Shown here piece by piece: positions 16,572-28,649 of a stretch of DNA of 64,000 nucleotides. The notes under the pieces are model-generated. The model was not told the origin of the DNA, searched no databases, and was given only the letters and a program-made list of their open reading frames with translations. Source of the DNA: an uncultured Desulfuromonadaceae bacterium. Lineage in GTDB: Bacteria > Desulfobacterota > Desulfuromonadia > Geobacterales > Pseudopelobacteraceae. How positions within the stretch are numbered: position 1 is the stretch's first letter; each line of letters begins with the position of its first letter. The translations under genes were made by a program, and so were the position numbers. The stretch covers positions 2,478,606 through 2,542,605 of the forward strand of contig OW818642.1 of the NCBI GenBank assembly GCA_942492875.1, in the 5' to 3' direction.

Positions 16572-18548
16572 ATGAAAAGCCGTTCAAAGCTCTTTTCTGC
16601 CGGCGGGTTTCTGCTTGGCGTTTTTGCACCTGTTGGCTGGGTGGTGATCAGGCTGCTTTTATATTATGATGCCGGACTCGGTCTGTTCGAGCAGATTATT
16701 AATGACATTGTAAAAGACGGCGAGCAATTTGCGACTTACACCTATATGGGGGGCGGTACCGCTGTCGTTCTTGCCGTCCTTGGCTACATGATCGGTAAAA
16801 ACGGTGATGAGCTGCATAAACGCGCAGTAGAGCTTGACATCCTTCATACGGAAGTCGGCGAACAGAAAGAGATCTTCGAAAATCGCTACAAGGTTCTGGA
16901 CAGGAATATCAAGAACTTTCACCATATCAGCAGCAAGATCCAGAAATCGCTCAATCTTGATGAAGTCCTGCTGTTATGCGCCGAGGGACTGCACGATATC
17001 CTTGGCTACGAGCGGGTCAATATCCTGATGGCTGAAGACGGCAAGCGGCTCCGCTTCTTCGCCTCGATCGGCACGGAGGGTTTTGATTCGGCCGATGTCG
17101 TCATGCCGATAGATGCCAGTATCGGTGTTATTGCAAAGTGCTTTAATGACCGTAAAGTGTATCTGATTGATGATATCTCGCGCTATCCTGAAGATTACCA
17201 TCTGCAACCGCCGCACAACGGCCTGACCCCACTCCGTTCCAAAAGTTTCATCCTCTGTCCGATCGTCGTAAAGAACTCCACTATCGGTGTTTTCGGTATC
17301 GACAACAAAAACAGCCACCGCGCCCTCAATGATTCAGACGTTGATACCATCATGCTTTTTGCCGATCAGGTGGCATCAGCGATCACCCGTATCAATCTGC
17401 TGACATCAATTGACACCCTGACGTCAGAGATGGAGAGCTCCTTTCGTTTCCTGCTCGGCAGCCGCGACCAGTATTCAAGGAATGTGGGCAACCTGCGTGA
17501 CGGTGTTGATTCCGTCGCCGACGGCACCTCCATAATCGCGGCGGCATCCGAAGGGGTAATGGCCTCGATTGACGAAACCAGTTCTGCGGTCAACGAGATC
17601 TCGGTTGCCATCGAGCAGGTCACCAGAAATCTTGATCACCTGGCTGGGGTCGTCCACCAGTCGGCATCCGCCATGGAACAGATCCATAGCACCATCGGCA
17701 ATGTTGAACAGAATGCGGCCATTTCCCACGAGGTTTCGCATCAGGTAAAAGAGCGTGCCGAAGAGAGCCGGATCGTCGTGTCCGAGACGATAACCGCTCT
17801 TGACGAAATCAAACACTCGGTTGGTCTCTCCTTTGACGCCATCCAGCGGCTTGCCGAGAACAGCACCCGCATCGAGAATATCGTCAGCGTTATTAACGAC
17901 ATTACAAAGCGGACCAACCTGCTGGCGCTCAACGCCTCCATCATTGCTGCGCAGGCCGGTGAGTACGGCAAGAGTTTTGGTGTCGTCGCCGATGAAATCC
18001 GCAATCTGTCACTCCAGACCGGTCATTCAACCGGAGAAATAACCTCGATTATCGAAGAGATCATGAGCGAGTCAAAAACGGCCGCCAATAACATCAGGAC
18101 GAGCAGGGACCTCGTGCAGCGCGGTGTTGAGCTGGGGCATACCACCGGGGAATCACTCAAGGCAATTTTTGACAGTTCTGACTGCTCGCTTGAAATGACC
18201 AAACAGATCAAACAGGCGACGCAGGAACAGGTTATCAGCGTGCAGCTGGTGGCGCGCTCCATGGAGGAGATAAGCTCCATGACGACCCAGATATTCGCGG
18301 GATCGACTGATCAGTCAAAAGCAACCAAGAGCATCGCCCGCTCGATAGAAACTATCAGGGATATGACGCATGAAATGGTTAACTCCACATCGCGTCAGGT
18401 TGATGATGGCAAGTTGATCCGTCGCAATGTGGAATCGGTCAGCAGCATGGTTACCGAAATGTTTGACAATATGGAGATGCGCAGGGCGCAGAGCGCAGAA
18501 GTGGTCAAAGAGCTGGAGCAGATGAAAAACCTGACCTGCCCGATTTAA
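16572..18548 (+). CDS. Methyl-accepting chemotaxis protein with N-terminal TM and GAF-like domains
   Basis: Highly conserved MCP signalling-domain core (TNLLALNASIIAAQAGEYGKSFGVVADEIRNLS). N-terminal hydrophobic helices. Confidence 0.85.
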   Translation: MKSRSKLFSAGGFLLGVFAPVGWVVIRLLLYYDAGLGLFEQIINDIVKDGEQFATYTYMGGGTAVVLAVLGYMIGKNGDELHKRAVELDILHTEVGEQKEIFENRYKVLDRNIKNFHHISSKIQKSLNLDEVLLLCAEGLHDILGYERVNILMAEDGKRLRFFASIGTEGFDSADVVMPIDASIGVIAKCFNDRKVYLIDDISRYPEDYHLQPPHNGLTPLRSKSFILCPIVVKNSTIGVFGIDNKNSHRALNDSDVDTIMLFADQVASAITRINLLTSIDTLTSEMESSFRFLLGSRDQYSRNVGNLRDGVDSVADGTSIIAAASEGVMASIDETSSAVNEISVAIEQVTRNLDHLAGVVHQSASAMEQIHSTIGNVEQNAAISHEVSHQVKERAEESRIVVSETITALDEIKHSVGLSFDAIQRLAENSTRIENIVSVINDITKRTNLLALNASIIAAQAGEYGKSFGVVADEIRNLSLQTGHSTGEITSIIEEIMSESKTAANNIRTSRDLVQRGVELGHTTGESLKAIFDSSDCSLEMTKQIKQATQEQVISVQLVARSMEEISSMTTQIFAGSTDQSKATKSIARSIETIRDMTHEMVNSTSRQVDDGKLIRRNVESVSSMVTEMFDNMEMRRAQSAEVVKELEQMKNLTCPI

Positions 18549-18763
18549 GTCTGTTGGGAAGACCCTGCTGAAAAATAAATATATAGATTTAAATATTCGG
18601 ATCTGATATTTTGTCCATCTGCCTTGACGGCTACCCGTGTACGGGAGTTGATCTGGAAGTCGGCAGTCAGTACAGTACATACCGCACGGATTCGGAAGCG
18701 AACCGGGACGGAGGGGACACCCCCTGCAGATTGGCAGCAGCAAGTGCCGATCTGACCGTTCAC

Positions 18764-18790
18764 GACGCGCCCTCCGGCGCGTTTTTTTTT
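18764..18790 (+). terminator. Rho-independent terminator, about 215 nt downstream of the MCP gene
   Basis: Stem ACGCGCC/GGCGCGT with loop CTCC, followed by T9. Confidence 0.6.
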
Positions 18791-18876
18791 GTTTATGGCA
18801 GGTTGGATCACTTTCTGCTTTTTAGCGGAAATGATTCTAATCTTCTTATCCTGTGTATAGTGTGTCAGGGAGTTAC

Positions 18877-19677
18877 ATGAGAAAGAAAACGACAATACCC
18901 GATATCCTGAAGATGAAGCAGAACGGTCAGCGGATTACGGTCCTGACGGCGTATGATTTTCCCTTTGCGCGTCTTGTTGATGACGGAGGGGTCGATATAA
19001 TTCTCGTTGGCGATTCGGCCGGGGTCGTGGTGGCCGGCCACGATACGACCCTGCCGGTTACCATGGATGAGATGCTGTACCATACACGGGCGGTCGTGCG
19101 CGCCGACCCCAAGGCCCTCGTGGTGGCCGATATGCCGTTTATGTCGTACCAGACCGGCATCGAGGATGCGTGCCGGAATTGCGGCCGTATGATCAAGGAG
19201 GGTGGGGCGCAAGCGGTCAAGATTGAGGGGGGAAGCAACATGGCCCATGTCATCCGTGCCGTCTCTTCCATCGATATCCCGGTCATGGCTCACATCGGTT
19301 TAACGCCGCAGTCGGTTCACCGCATGGGTGGCTACCGGGTGCAGGGGAGAAACGATCAGGCCGAGCGGATCATGGATGATGCCTTTGCCGTGCAGCACGC
19401 CGGCGCTTTTGCCGTCACGCTGGAGGGGATACCGGCAGCACTTGCGGCAGAGATCAGCGCCGAATTGACCATTCCGACCATCGGCATCGGTGCCGGGCCG
19501 TCCTGCGATGGCCAGGTTCTGGTGATCCACGACATTCTCGGGCTGTGTGAAAAATATTCACCCAAGTTTGTCAAGCGCTACGCCGATCTGGCGCCGATCA
19601 TCTCGGCTGCTGTGTCGCAGTATGTTGCCGAGGTCCGTAGCGGTGAATTTCCGACTGAAGAACATTCCTTTTCCTGA
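18877..19677 (+). CDS. panB: 3-methyl-2-oxobutanoate hydroxymethyltransferase
   Basis: Conserved [20 protein letters not shown] motifs. Confidence 0.9.
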   Translation: MRKKTTIPDILKMKQNGQRITVLTAYDFPFARLVDDGGVDIILVGDSAGVVVAGHDTTLPVTMDEMLYHTRAVVRADPKALVVADMPFMSYQTGIEDACRNCGRMIKEGGAQAVKIEGGSNMAHVIRAVSSIDIPVMAHIGLTPQSVHRMGGYRVQGRNDQAERIMDDAFAVQHAGAFAVTLEGIPAALAAEISAELTIPTIGIGAGPSCDGQVLVIHDILGLCEKYSPKFVKRYADLAPIISAAVSQYVAEVRSGEFPTEEHSFS

Positions 19678-19684
19678 GGGCACA

Positions 19685-20536
19685 ATGAAGATAATCAACA
19701 GTATTGTACATATGCAGGCGCTCGCAATAGCACCGGAACGGCAAGGGAGGCGCATAGCCTTCGTACCGACCATGGGCTATCTGCATGAGGGGCACATTTC
19801 CCTGCTGCGGGAAGGGCGCAAGCGTGGCGATGTCCTGGTGCTCTCGATTTTTGTCAATCCGATCCAGTTCGGCCAGAACGAAGATCTGGACAGCTACCCC
19901 AAAAACTGGGAACGTGACTTCAAGATCGCCGATGAGTGTGGCGTTGACATCGTCTTCATTCCGACCGCCGAGGAGATGTACCCGGACGGTTTTCAGACCG
20001 GCGTGACGGTGCGGGATATTGCTACGCCGCTCTGCGGTGCGAGTCGGCCGGGACATTTTGACGGCGTGGCGACGGTTGTCACAAAATTGTTCAATATTGT
20101 CCGTCCTGATGTGGCGCTCTTCGGCTGCAAGGATTATCAGCAGCTGGCCGTTATCCGTCGTATGACCGCCGATCTGAATGTGCCGGTCGAGATTGTCGGC
20201 ATGCCGATTGTCCGCGAGACCGACGGGCTGGCGATGAGTTCGCGTAACTCCTATCTGTCCCCGGCCGAGCGCCAGAGTGCGCTCTGCCTGTCCCGTGCCA
20301 TCAAGCTGGCGCGTGAGCTGTTTGCCGACGGAGAGCGCTCCGTTGACGTGCTGGCGAGAGAAACGCGAGCTGTTGTTGAACAGGAGTCTGCCGCAACGAT
20401 TGAGTATGTTGAGTTGAGGGATGGCACGACGCTGCATGAGCAGGAAGTCGCCGACCGCAGTACGCTGCTGGCTTTGGCAGTGAAAATAGGACAAACCAGA
20501 CTGATCGATAATACCGTACTTGGAGAGGAGTTATAA
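19685..20536 (+). CDS. panC: Pantoate–beta-alanine ligase
   Basis: [14 protein letters not shown] motif. Start at the ATG at 19685, 8 nt after the panB stop. Confidence 0.9.
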   Translation: MKIINSIVHMQALAIAPERQGRRIAFVPTMGYLHEGHISLLREGRKRGDVLVLSIFVNPIQFGQNEDLDSYPKNWERDFKIADECGVDIVFIPTAEEMYPDGFQTGVTVRDIATPLCGASRPGHFDGVATVVTKLFNIVRPDVALFGCKDYQQLAVIRRMTADLNVPVEIVGMPIVRETDGLAMSSRNSYLSPAERQSALCLSRAIKLARELFADGERSVDVLARETRAVVEQESAATIEYVELRDGTTLHEQEVADRSTLLALAVKIGQTRLIDNTVLGEEL

Positions 20537-20538
20537 CC

Positions 20539-20934
20539 ATGCAGAGAATCATGTTGAAGAGCAAAATCCACCGCGCCACTGTTACCGGCGCTGACCTGCA
20601 CTATGAGGGGAGCGTTACCATCGATCGTGATCTGATGGATGCCGCAGACATTGTTTCCTACGAAAAGGTCGCGGTCTGGAATGTTACCAACGGCAGCCGC
20701 CTGGAAACCTACGCCATTGAAGGGGAGCGCGGTTCCGGTGTTATCTGTCTGAACGGTGCTGCGGCGCGGCTGGTCGCACCACGGGATCTGGTGATTATCG
20801 CCAGTTTTGTTAACATGGAAAATGCCGAAGCGATAAAATATGAGCCGAAGCTTGTGTTTGTGGACGAAGAGAACCGTATGCTGCCGACCCGCAAGGAAGA
20901 TGCCGGGCAGGCAAAGCTGAAGTGCGTGCATTAG
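20539..20934 (+). CDS. panD: Aspartate 1-decarboxylase (pyruvoyl-dependent)
   Basis: [12 protein letters not shown]...GSVTID with the Gly-Ser self-cleavage site. Confidence 0.9.
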   Translation: MQRIMLKSKIHRATVTGADLHYEGSVTIDRDLMDAADIVSYEKVAVWNVTNGSRLETYAIEGERGSGVICLNGAAARLVAPRDLVIIASFVNMENAEAIKYEPKLVFVDEENRMLPTRKEDAGQAKLKCVH

Positions 20935-21025
20935 CAGGCTGGAAACTGTTTTCTGCATACCTGACAGGGTGCATCTTCCCTGAAACAGTTATCCGGTTTG
21001 CAGTGGCTGACAATTGGATGTAAAA

Positions 21026-21060
21026 GAAGAGGCTAAAAACTGCCGGTTTTTAGCCTCTTC
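21026..21060. terminator. Bidirectional rho-independent terminator between convergent panD and the ankyrin gene
   Basis: 15-bp stem GAAGAGGCTAAAAAC/GTTTTTAGCCTCTTC with a 5-nt loop. U-tracts on both strands. Confidence 0.7.
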
Positions 21061-21082
21061 ACTATTCCAGGCGGCAGCCGGA

Positions 21083-21529
21083 TCAGGCCCTGCCAACTTT
21101 TGCCCGTTCTGACTTCTTCAGCAGTGCTGTTGCCAGCGGATGGCAATTGTTCTCGGCATACCGGCAGGCGGTATTACCAGCGGGCGACTTAAACGACGGG
21201 TCAGCGCCTCCATCAAGCAGAGCCTGTACTGTCAGATTGCAACCGTAAATTGCAGCCAGCATCAGCGGCGTGTGCCCTTCACGGTCACAGGCATCGACCT
21301 CGGCCCCCTTTTCAATAAGCATCCTGACAATCTCGGTATGTCCATTCGCTGAAGCATAATGGAGCGCAGTTTTGCCCTTGTCGCTGCCGGCACCAACGTC
21401 AGCGCCACGCAGCAGCAGGTCCTGGACGAAATCCTTGAGCCCCTCTTTGGAAGCGCTAATCAGTGGGGTGTGGCCATGACGATCTTTTGCATTCACGCTT
21501 TCCATATCTGACTCCTCCCGTTGGTACAT
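21083..21529 (-). CDS. Ankyrin-repeat protein
   Basis: Three to four ANK repeats (G-TPL--A---GH---V--LL--GA). Start is uncertain (M at 21529 or 21505). Confidence 0.7.
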   Translation of the reverse strand: MYQREESDMESVNAKDRHGHTPLISASKEGLKDFVQDLLLRGADVGAGSDKGKTALHYASANGHTEIVRMLIEKGAEVDACDREGHTPLMLAAIYGCNLTVQALLDGGADPSFKSPAGNTACRYAENNCHPLATALLKKSERAKVGRA

Positions 21530-21740
21530 GATCGGGCTCTCTGTGCCCGTATTAAGCACTGGCTTCAACGTCAGGGTGATTGCTCGCTGTTTAAAATAAC
21601 ACTGTTTCTCATATACCATAGATTCAGGATGGGCGTCACTTGCTATTTGGGTACAGGCACAAAAATGCTCTGCAAAAATTAAGCACTTGAATCTAAAGGG
21701 TTAGAAACACTATAATGCCCGCTCCAAGGAGAGCGTATCC

Positions 21741-22349
21741 ATGAATGTATTCCAGGCTGATTTTATAAAGAGTGCCGCTAAGCCGAAAGACTATCCGCCC
21801 CCGGGGCTGCCAGAGGTAGCATTTGTCGGGCGTTCCAATGTCGGCAAATCGTCGCTGATCAACGTGCTGGCCGGTCGCAAGGGGCTGGTGCGAACCAGCT
21901 CAACCCCTGGCCGGACCCAGCTGATAAATTTCTTTGACATCAACAGCATCCTGACCCTGGTGGACCTCCCCGGCTACGGGTATGCCAAGGCGCCACCGGC
22001 GCTGCGCAAGCAGTGGGGGCCGATGATTGAATCCTATCTTTCAATCCGTGAGTCTTTGAAGGCGGTCGTACTGATTCTCGACATCCGCCGGGTGCCCTCA
22101 GACGGCGATCTGCAGATGCTGCGCTGGCTGGAGCTATACAATATCCCGCCGATTCTGGTTGTGACCAAGTGCGACAAGCTGTCGAAAAACGAGCAGGCCA
22201 AGCAGAAGGCGATTATTGCCGCTGCAATCAAGCGTGACAAGAGCATGATGCTCCCCTTCTCGGCACTGTCAAAAGAGGGGCGCGACGCCATCTGGAACGA
22301 GATCGGCACCGTGCTGGGAGTCGATCTGAAGCCGGAAGTCAAGCCATGA
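21741..22349 (+). CDS. engB: Ribosome biogenesis GTP-binding protein YihA/EngB
   Basis: [12 protein letters not shown] (G1), DLPGYG (G3), TKCDK (G4). Confidence 0.85.
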   Translation: MNVFQADFIKSAAKPKDYPPPGLPEVAFVGRSNVGKSSLINVLAGRKGLVRTSSTPGRTQLINFFDINSILTLVDLPGYGYAKAPPALRKQWGPMIESYLSIRESLKAVVLILDIRRVPSDGDLQMLRWLELYNIPPILVVTKCDKLSKNEQAKQKAIIAAAIKRDKSMMLPFSALSKEGRDAIWNEIGTVLGVDLKPEVKP

Positions 22350-23152
22350 AAGATACCTCAGCAACCACCTGTCAGGCGCCGATGCCGGACATGCAAAAGC
22401 GTCCCGACACCCGCCGCATTCCGATTGCCAAGGTCGGTGTCAAGGATATCACCTACCCGATCGTGGTCATGGACAAGAACCGTACCCTGCAGCATACGGT
22501 CGCCAGGATCAATATGTACGTTGATCTGCCTCACCACTTCAAGGGTACCCACATGAGTCGTTTTGTGGAAATCCTCAACAAATACCGCGAACAGATCGCC
22601 CTTGACAAGCTCGAGACAATTCTTGACGAGATGAAAGCAAAGCTCGGCTCGGAAAGCGCCCATCTCGAGATCCAGTTCCCTTATTTTATCGACAAGGCCG
22701 CACCGGTTTCAGGGGCCAAGAGTCTGATGGAATACACCTGCGAGTTCAGCGCCTCCATGACAGACAACCTGGATTTTGTGCTCGGCATAAAGGTGCCGCT
22801 CACCTCGCTCTGCCCCTGCAGTCGTGAATTGTCCCGTTTCGGTGCCCACAACCAGCGCAGCATCATGACCGTGCGGGTGCGCTACCGGGATTTTATCTGG
22901 ATCGAGGATCTTGTCGAGTTGATCGAGCAGTGCGGCTCCAGTCCGCTCTATTCGCTGCTCAAGCGGGCCGACGAAAAGTTTGTCACCGAGCAGGCCTACG
23001 AAAACCCGCGTTTTGTCGAGGATATGGTGCGTGAAGCCCATTCCCGCCTGGCGGCGCTTGATAATATCACCTGGTTTTCGGTCGAGGCGGAGAATTTCGA
23101 ATCAATCCACAACCATTCAGCGTATGCCGCCGTGGAGCTGGATCGGCGATGA
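22346..23152 (+). CDS. folE2: GTP cyclohydrolase FolE2/MptA family
   Basis: Family-typical N-terminal region and CPCS metal-site motif. 4-bp overlap with engB. Confidence 0.65.
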   Translation: MKDTSATTCQAPMPDMQKRPDTRRIPIAKVGVKDITYPIVVMDKNRTLQHTVARINMYVDLPHHFKGTHMSRFVEILNKYREQIALDKLETILDEMKAKLGSESAHLEIQFPYFIDKAAPVSGAKSLMEYTCEFSASMTDNLDFVLGIKVPLTSLCPCSRELSRFGAHNQRSIMTVRVRYRDFIWIEDLVELIEQCGSSPLYSLLKRADEKFVTEQAYENPRFVEDMVREAHSRLAALDNITWFSVEAENFESIHNHSAYAAVELDRR

Positions 23153-23781
23153 AAAAAGGGCTGATTGTCTTCGCCCGCGAACCGCTCCGCGGAGAGGTGA
23201 AAACCCGTCTGGCGGCAGCGGTTGGTGATCAGGTCGCTGCAGATTTGTATGAATCCATGCTGCAGGATGTGCTGAAAACCGCCCGACAGCTGACCGATAT
23301 AGAGACCGTTGTTTTCTGGGACTGCGAAAAAGAATCGCTACCGGTCCTTTCGGAAAAGTATAGCTGCAACTCCCGTTGTCAGATTGCCGGCAACCTGGGA
23401 CAGCGCATGCAGGCGGCGTTTGAAGAGATGTTTGCTGACGGCTGCGAACTCTGCTGCATTATCGGCAGCGATGCCCCTGACCTGCCGCTACCGTATATTC
23501 AGGAATCGTATCAACTTCTGGCAGCGATGCAGATTGATGTTGTGTTTGGACCGAGCCTTGATGGCGGCTATTATCTCCTCGGGTTACGCCAGTTGCGGCC
23601 GCAGCTTTTTGTGAACATACCCTGGAGCACGGCTGATGTGCTTGAGCAGAGTCTGGCTGCGGCGCAGGGTTTGGAGCTGGAAACAGCGCTACTCCCCGAA
23701 TGGCAGGACATCGATACAATTGAAGATCTGCAGGCGTTTCAGGAAAGAACGCGCTTGTCGGCAGCAATGGAAACCACATGA
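23149..23781 (+). CDS. DUF2064/MobA-like nucleotidyltransferase-fold protein
   Basis: N-terminal LIVFAREP...GEVKTRL pattern, typical of the TIGR04282-like family. 4-bp overlap with the upstream gene. Confidence 0.45.
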   Translation: MKKGLIVFAREPLRGEVKTRLAAAVGDQVAADLYESMLQDVLKTARQLTDIETVVFWDCEKESLPVLSEKYSCNSRCQIAGNLGQRMQAAFEEMFADGCELCCIIGSDAPDLPLPYIQESYQLLAAMQIDVVFGPSLDGGYYLLGLRQLRPQLFVNIPWSTADVLEQSLAAAQGLELETALLPEWQDIDTIEDLQAFQERTRLSAAMETT

Positions 23782-24542
23782 AACCAATCGTTATCATCGC
23801 TGCAGTGAAGCAGGAGGTCGAGCTGCTGGAAAAGGCGCTTGAACATTCCGGCAGGGTAAAATCAGGCGGTTTTGAGTATGTCGAGGGGACGGTCGGCAAT
23901 CTGCGGGTCGTTGTCTGCGCCGGTGGGATCGGAAAGGTCAATGCGGCGGCTGCGACTGCCGTCATGATTGATCGCTATCAGCCGCAACTCGTGGTCAACA
24001 CCGGGTGTGCCGGTGCGTACGTCGGCAGCGGCCTTGTCGTCGGCAACCTTGTCGTGGCAAGCGAGGAGGTTCTGGCTGATGACGGCGTGGTCGTTGCGGA
24101 GGGGTGGAAAGATCTGTCTTTTATGAAACTCCCCACTGTCGAGCAGGGCGGATTGACCTGTTATAACGTGTTGCCGCTTTCACGGCACGCCGCGGAAAAG
24201 GCGATGCGGCTGGCTGATTATTACGGCGTTTTTCTGATGCGCGGCCGCTCGGCAACGGTATCAACCTGTAGCGGCACTAGCCAGCACGGTGCCGAGCTGC
24301 TGTGGCGCTGGAATGCCTTGATTGAAAATATGGAAGGGGGGGCGGTGGCACAGGTCTGTCTGCGCTGCGCCGTTGACTGCCTTGAAATTCGCGGGATCAG
24401 CAATCTTGTGGAAGAGCGGGATCTTAAAAAGTGGGATATACCGCGAGCCGTTGAAGCTGCCCAGCGTTTTGTTTTGAAATATCTTGAGGAGATGGACCGA
24501 CCGGATTCTGTGCCGGCCAGGAAAGCGACCCCTGAATTATAG
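23778..24542 (+). CDS. PNP_UDP_1-family nucleosidase, futalosine hydrolase (MqnB)-like
   Basis: MTA/SAH-nucleosidase fold motifs (IVIIAAVKQE, VVCAGGIGKVNAAAAT, ENMEGGAVAQ). 4-bp overlap with the upstream gene. Confidence 0.55.
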   Translation: MKPIVIIAAVKQEVELLEKALEHSGRVKSGGFEYVEGTVGNLRVVVCAGGIGKVNAAAATAVMIDRYQPQLVVNTGCAGAYVGSGLVVGNLVVASEEVLADDGVVVAEGWKDLSFMKLPTVEQGGLTCYNVLPLSRHAAEKAMRLADYYGVFLMRGRSATVSTCSGTSQHGAELLWRWNALIENMEGGAVAQVCLRCAVDCLEIRGISNLVEERDLKKWDIPRAVEAAQRFVLKYLEEMDRPDSVPARKATPEL

Positions 24543-24544
24543 TA

Positions 24545-25227
24545 TCAGCGTGAGCCGAAGATCGCCGTACCGACCCGCACCAGTGTCGCACCCTCCTGGA
24601 TAGCCGTTTCAAAATCCCCTGACATCCCCATGGAAAGCTCCTTCATCTCTACGCCGGCAATCTGCAGCTCTGAGATAGTTTCCGCCAGGCGCCGGAGCTC
24701 GGTAAAATATGGCCGCGCAGCATCCGGATCATCGAAAAAGGGGGGCATCGTCATCAGCCCCTTGACGTTGATGTTCGGCAGCAGAGCGCACTCCCGCACC
24801 AGCTGGATAGCCCCCGCCTCGGTCGTTCCGGACTTGGTGGCTTCACCGGAGATGTTTACCTGAATCAGCACCTCGCAGATCTTCCCGAGTCGTCCCCACT
24901 GCCGATCGATCTCCTGTGCCAGTGAAATGCGGTCAACCGAATGGATCAGCGCCACCCGGCCGGCGATGTACTTGACCTTGTTGCTCTGCAGGTGGCCGAT
25001 GAAGTGCCACTGGACGTCTTCATGTATCTCCGCCAGCTTGGGCACCAGTTCCTGGATGTAATTCTCTCCAAAAAACCTCTGGCCAGCCTGAAAAGCGGCA
25101 ATGATATCTTCTGCCGGACGGGTCTTTGACACCGCAACCAGGCGGACGGTCGCAGGGTCCCGCTCTGCTGCTTCCGCTGCTGCCCGGATGCGCGCGTTGA
25201 TCAGAGCGATGTTGGCGGAGATGGTCA

Positions 25228-25228
<1 letters not shown>
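24545..25228 (-). CDS. yggS: YggS-family pyridoxal phosphate homeostasis protein
   Basis: VSKTRP lysine motif. Alanine-racemase-like TIM barrel pattern. Confidence 0.85.
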
Positions 25229-25801
<573 letters not shown>

Positions 25802-25818
<17 letters not shown>

Positions 25819-26107
25819 CACCTTTCCGGGCCGCGGCAACGCTTCTTATCCGTGCTTCACGCTCTTCAAGCGCTTTATGCTCGGCCTCCATCTCCTGCCA
25901 ATGCTTTGTCCAGTTGGTCTTGCGGATGTGGTGAAGTATGAACACGCCGGGAATAATGACGCAGCCCCAGAAAATGCTCATAGTCATGCTGTTGACTATG
26001 CCGTAGGTTAGTACGGCGATACCCATTACCAACAGTAAAGCTTCCATGGACAGAATACGTCCTATTAGTGAAGCCTTCTGGATCTCGTTTTGCGGGTCAT
26101 GCGTCAT
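25802..26107 (-). CDS. Small two-TM membrane protein
   Basis: Two hydrophobic helices. Sits between glcD-like and maf, with overlapping stop/starts. Confidence 0.45.
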
Positions 26108-27497
26108 CTGTTTTCTCCTCCCAGGGAAACATTTTGCCTGGATTCAATATGTTGTTGGGGTCGAGAGCCGCCTTGATCGACTTCATGGCGGCAATCTGGT
26201 GCGGTGACAATTCCAGCTCTATATAGGGCGCCTTGGAGAGACCGACCCCATGCTCACCCGACATGGTGCCGTTCAGATCCAGTGCAGCCTGGAAAACATC
26301 GCGGATGGCCAGATGCGCCTTTTCGTCCATGCCGGGCACTGCTTTGTCCACCATGATATTGACATGGATATTACCGTCACCGGCATGACCAAAGTTGACG
26401 ATAGGAATATCGTATTTAGCCTGAATCTTCTCGATGGTGCGGATAATGTCGGGAACTTTGCTGCGTGGCACGACAACATCCTCGTTGTACTTGGTGGGGT
26501 TGATATCACGCAAAGATGGCGACACTAAACGTCGCACCCGCCAGAGCTCCTCCGATTCGGCAGCATCCCTGGCGGCGCGGAACTGTACGAGTCCCAGTGG
26601 TTTGATGAGTTCATGAATGTGCGCCGCCTGTTTCTCGATCAGGTCACGGTCGCCGTCCACTTCGATCAGCAGCACCGCGCGTCCCTCCGGCGGCACACCG
26701 AGGCTGAAGCGTTTTTCCACACACTGCAGGGTGGCGTAGTCCATGAATTCGAGCGTGGTCGGAATGATCTTGTTGCCGATTATGGTTGAGACCGCCTTGG
26801 CGGCGCCGTCAATCGAATCGAAGATAGTCAGCATCGTCTTCTTTGCATCAGGAAACGGCAGGATTTTGAAGATGATCTTGGTAATGACACCCAGCGTACC
26901 CTCGCTGCCGCAGAGTAATCTGGTCATGTCGTAGCCGACCACGGCCTTGTAGGTTTCGCCGCCGGTGCGGATGATCTCGCCGGTTGGCAGTACGATTTCC
27001 AGACCCATGACGAAGTCGCGGGTGACGCCGTACTTAACACAGCGTGGGCCGCCGGCGTTTTCTGCGACATTGCCCCCCAGGGTTGAAAATTTGAGTGAGG
27101 CGGGATCGGGCGGATAGAAGAAGCCGAGTTTTTCAACTGCCAGCTGGAACTGTTCAGTCACAACACCAGGCTCAACTTCGGCGATCAGGTTTTCGGTGTC
27201 GATGCGCAGGATACGGTTCATGCGGGTAGTCACCAGCACGACTCCGCCCCCTTTCGGAAGGGCGCCGCCGGTAAAGCCGCTGCCGGCACCGCGCGGGAAC
27301 ACCGGGAATCCGGCGCGGTTCGCCAGTTTCAGAACCGCCGAGACCTCTTCGGCGTTTGCCGGATGGACAACCGCGTCAGGCAGGAACTCCATCTGGGTGG
27401 CATCATAGCCGTAGCAGATCATATCGTGTTTGGCAGTTGCTATATTGTCAGGACCTACAATTGACGTCAGTTCATTGATCAGTTGTGCTTCAAGCAT
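26097..27497 (-). CDS. FAD-linked oxidase (GlcD/D-lactate dehydrogenase family)
   Basis: FAD-binding PCMH domain (RGAGSGFTGGA) and C-terminal FAD-oxidase domain (HAGDGNIH). Confidence 0.75.
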   Translation of the reverse strand: MLEAQLINELTSIVGPDNIATAKHDMICYGYDATQMEFLPDAVVHPANAEEVSAVLKLANRAGFPVFPRGAGSGFTGGALPKGGGVVLVTTRMNRILRIDTENLIAEVEPGVVTEQFQLAVEKLGFFYPPDPASLKFSTLGGNVAENAGGPRCVKYGVTRDFVMGLEIVLPTGEIIRTGGETYKAVVGYDMTRLLCGSEGTLGVITKIIFKILPFPDAKKTMLTIFDSIDGAAKAVSTIIGNKIIPTTLEFMDYATLQCVEKRFSLGVPPEGRAVLLIEVDGDRDLIEKQAAHIHELIKPLGLVQFRAARDAAESEELWRVRRLVSPSLRDINPTKYNEDVVVPRSKVPDIIRTIEKIQAKYDIPIVNFGHAGDGNIHVNIMVDKAVPGMDEKAHLAIRDVFQAALDLNGTMSGEHGVGLSKAPYIELELSPHQIAAMKSIKAALDPNNILNPGKMFPWEEKTDDA

Positions 27498-27656
27498 GGG
27501 CGATCCTTTCGATAATATTAAGCAAGCCAGAATACATGATATAGCGTCAAATCTGCAAGGCAGTTTTGCTCCGTGACAAAATCTCTGTTGCCAGCGGGAG
27601 TGAAACCATTTATCCTTGCCGCCATGCAGATAAAACGGATCAGGAGGTTACTCAGG

Positions 27657-28097
27657 ATGAAGCGTTTCAGTAAAATTGTAGCATCAGCTCTCATGGCAGC
27701 TTTGCTTGCCGTCCCCACCTTTGCCGCACAAGATGCGAAGAAGGTTGCTGCAAAGACGGTTACCACCGCTTCCGGCCTCAAATACATTGACGTTGTTGTC
27801 GGCAAGGGAGCATCTCCTGCCGCCGGTAAACAGGTTAAGGTGCACTACACCGGCACCCTGGAAAACGGCAAGAAATTCGATAGCTCCGTTGACCGTAACG
27901 AGCCGTTCTCGTTTGTGATCGGCGTCGGCCAGGTTATTCCGGGGTGGGATGAGGGGGTTATGACGATGAAAGTCGGCGGCAAGCGCAAGCTGATCATCCC
28001 TGCCAAACTTGGCTACGGCACACGCGGAGCCGGTGGAGTCATCCCGCCGAATGCCACCCTCCTGTTTGATGTGGAACTGCTCGCCGTCGCAAAGTAG
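27657..28097 (+). CDS. FKBP-type peptidyl-prolyl cis-trans isomerase, exported
   Basis: Signal peptide. FKBP motifs [45 protein letters not shown]. Confidence 0.85.
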   Translation: MKRFSKIVASALMAALLAVPTFAAQDAKKVAAKTVTTASGLKYIDVVVGKGASPAAGKQVKVHYTGTLENGKKFDSSVDRNEPFSFVIGVGQVIPGWDEGVMTMKVGGKRKLIIPAKLGYGTRGAGGVIPPNATLLFDVELLAVAK

Positions 28098-28121
28098 TTT
28101 GTCCCAATACTGTTCACCGGA

Positions 28122-28148
28122 CAGCCCGCCTGCGCGGGCTGTTTTTTT
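28122..28148 (+). terminator. Rho-independent terminator
   Basis: AGCCCGC-CTGC-GCGGGCT followed by T7. Confidence 0.7.
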
Positions 28149-28169
28149 CTGTTGTACCGGAGTTATTGA

Positions 28170-28649
28170 ATGACAAATCTGATTTCTGCTGAAGGTCTCA
28201 AAAAACTGTGTGACGAGTATGACTACCTCTGGAAAGTGGAACGCCCCAAAGTTGTACGGGGTGTTGCCGACGCGGCAGCGGAGGGGGATCGATCGGAGAA
28301 TGCAGAATACATTTACGGTAAAAAAAGACTGCGCGAGATTGACAGCAAGCTGAAGCATCTTACCCTGCGTCTAAAAGTGTTGAAAGTAGCATCGGTGCCG
28401 ATGAATCCGAAGCAGATTACGTTTGGGTGTTGGGTTACCTACGAAGAGGAATCGGGAGATACGCGCTGTTACCAATTGGTCGGCCCTGACGAGATTGATG
28501 TCAGCATCGGCAGGATCAGTATCGATTCACCCGTGGGGCAGGCGCTGCTGCACAAAAAGGTTGATGACGAAATAATCGTCCGTAAACCGAGTGGTGATAT
28601 GACAGTGTATATCACCGGGGTCAGTTCGACACGCCCTCTAACAGCCTGA
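28170..28649 (+). CDS. greA: Transcription elongation factor GreA/GreB family
   Basis: N-terminal coiled coil carrying the acidic DRSENAEY tip. C-terminal FKBP-like domain. Confidence 0.8.
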   Translation: MTNLISAEGLKKLCDEYDYLWKVERPKVVRGVADAAAEGDRSENAEYIYGKKRLREIDSKLKHLTLRLKVLKVASVPMNPKQITFGCWVTYEEESGDTRCYQLVGPDEIDVSIGRISIDSPVGQALLHKKVDDEIIVRKPSGDMTVYITGVSSTRPLTA

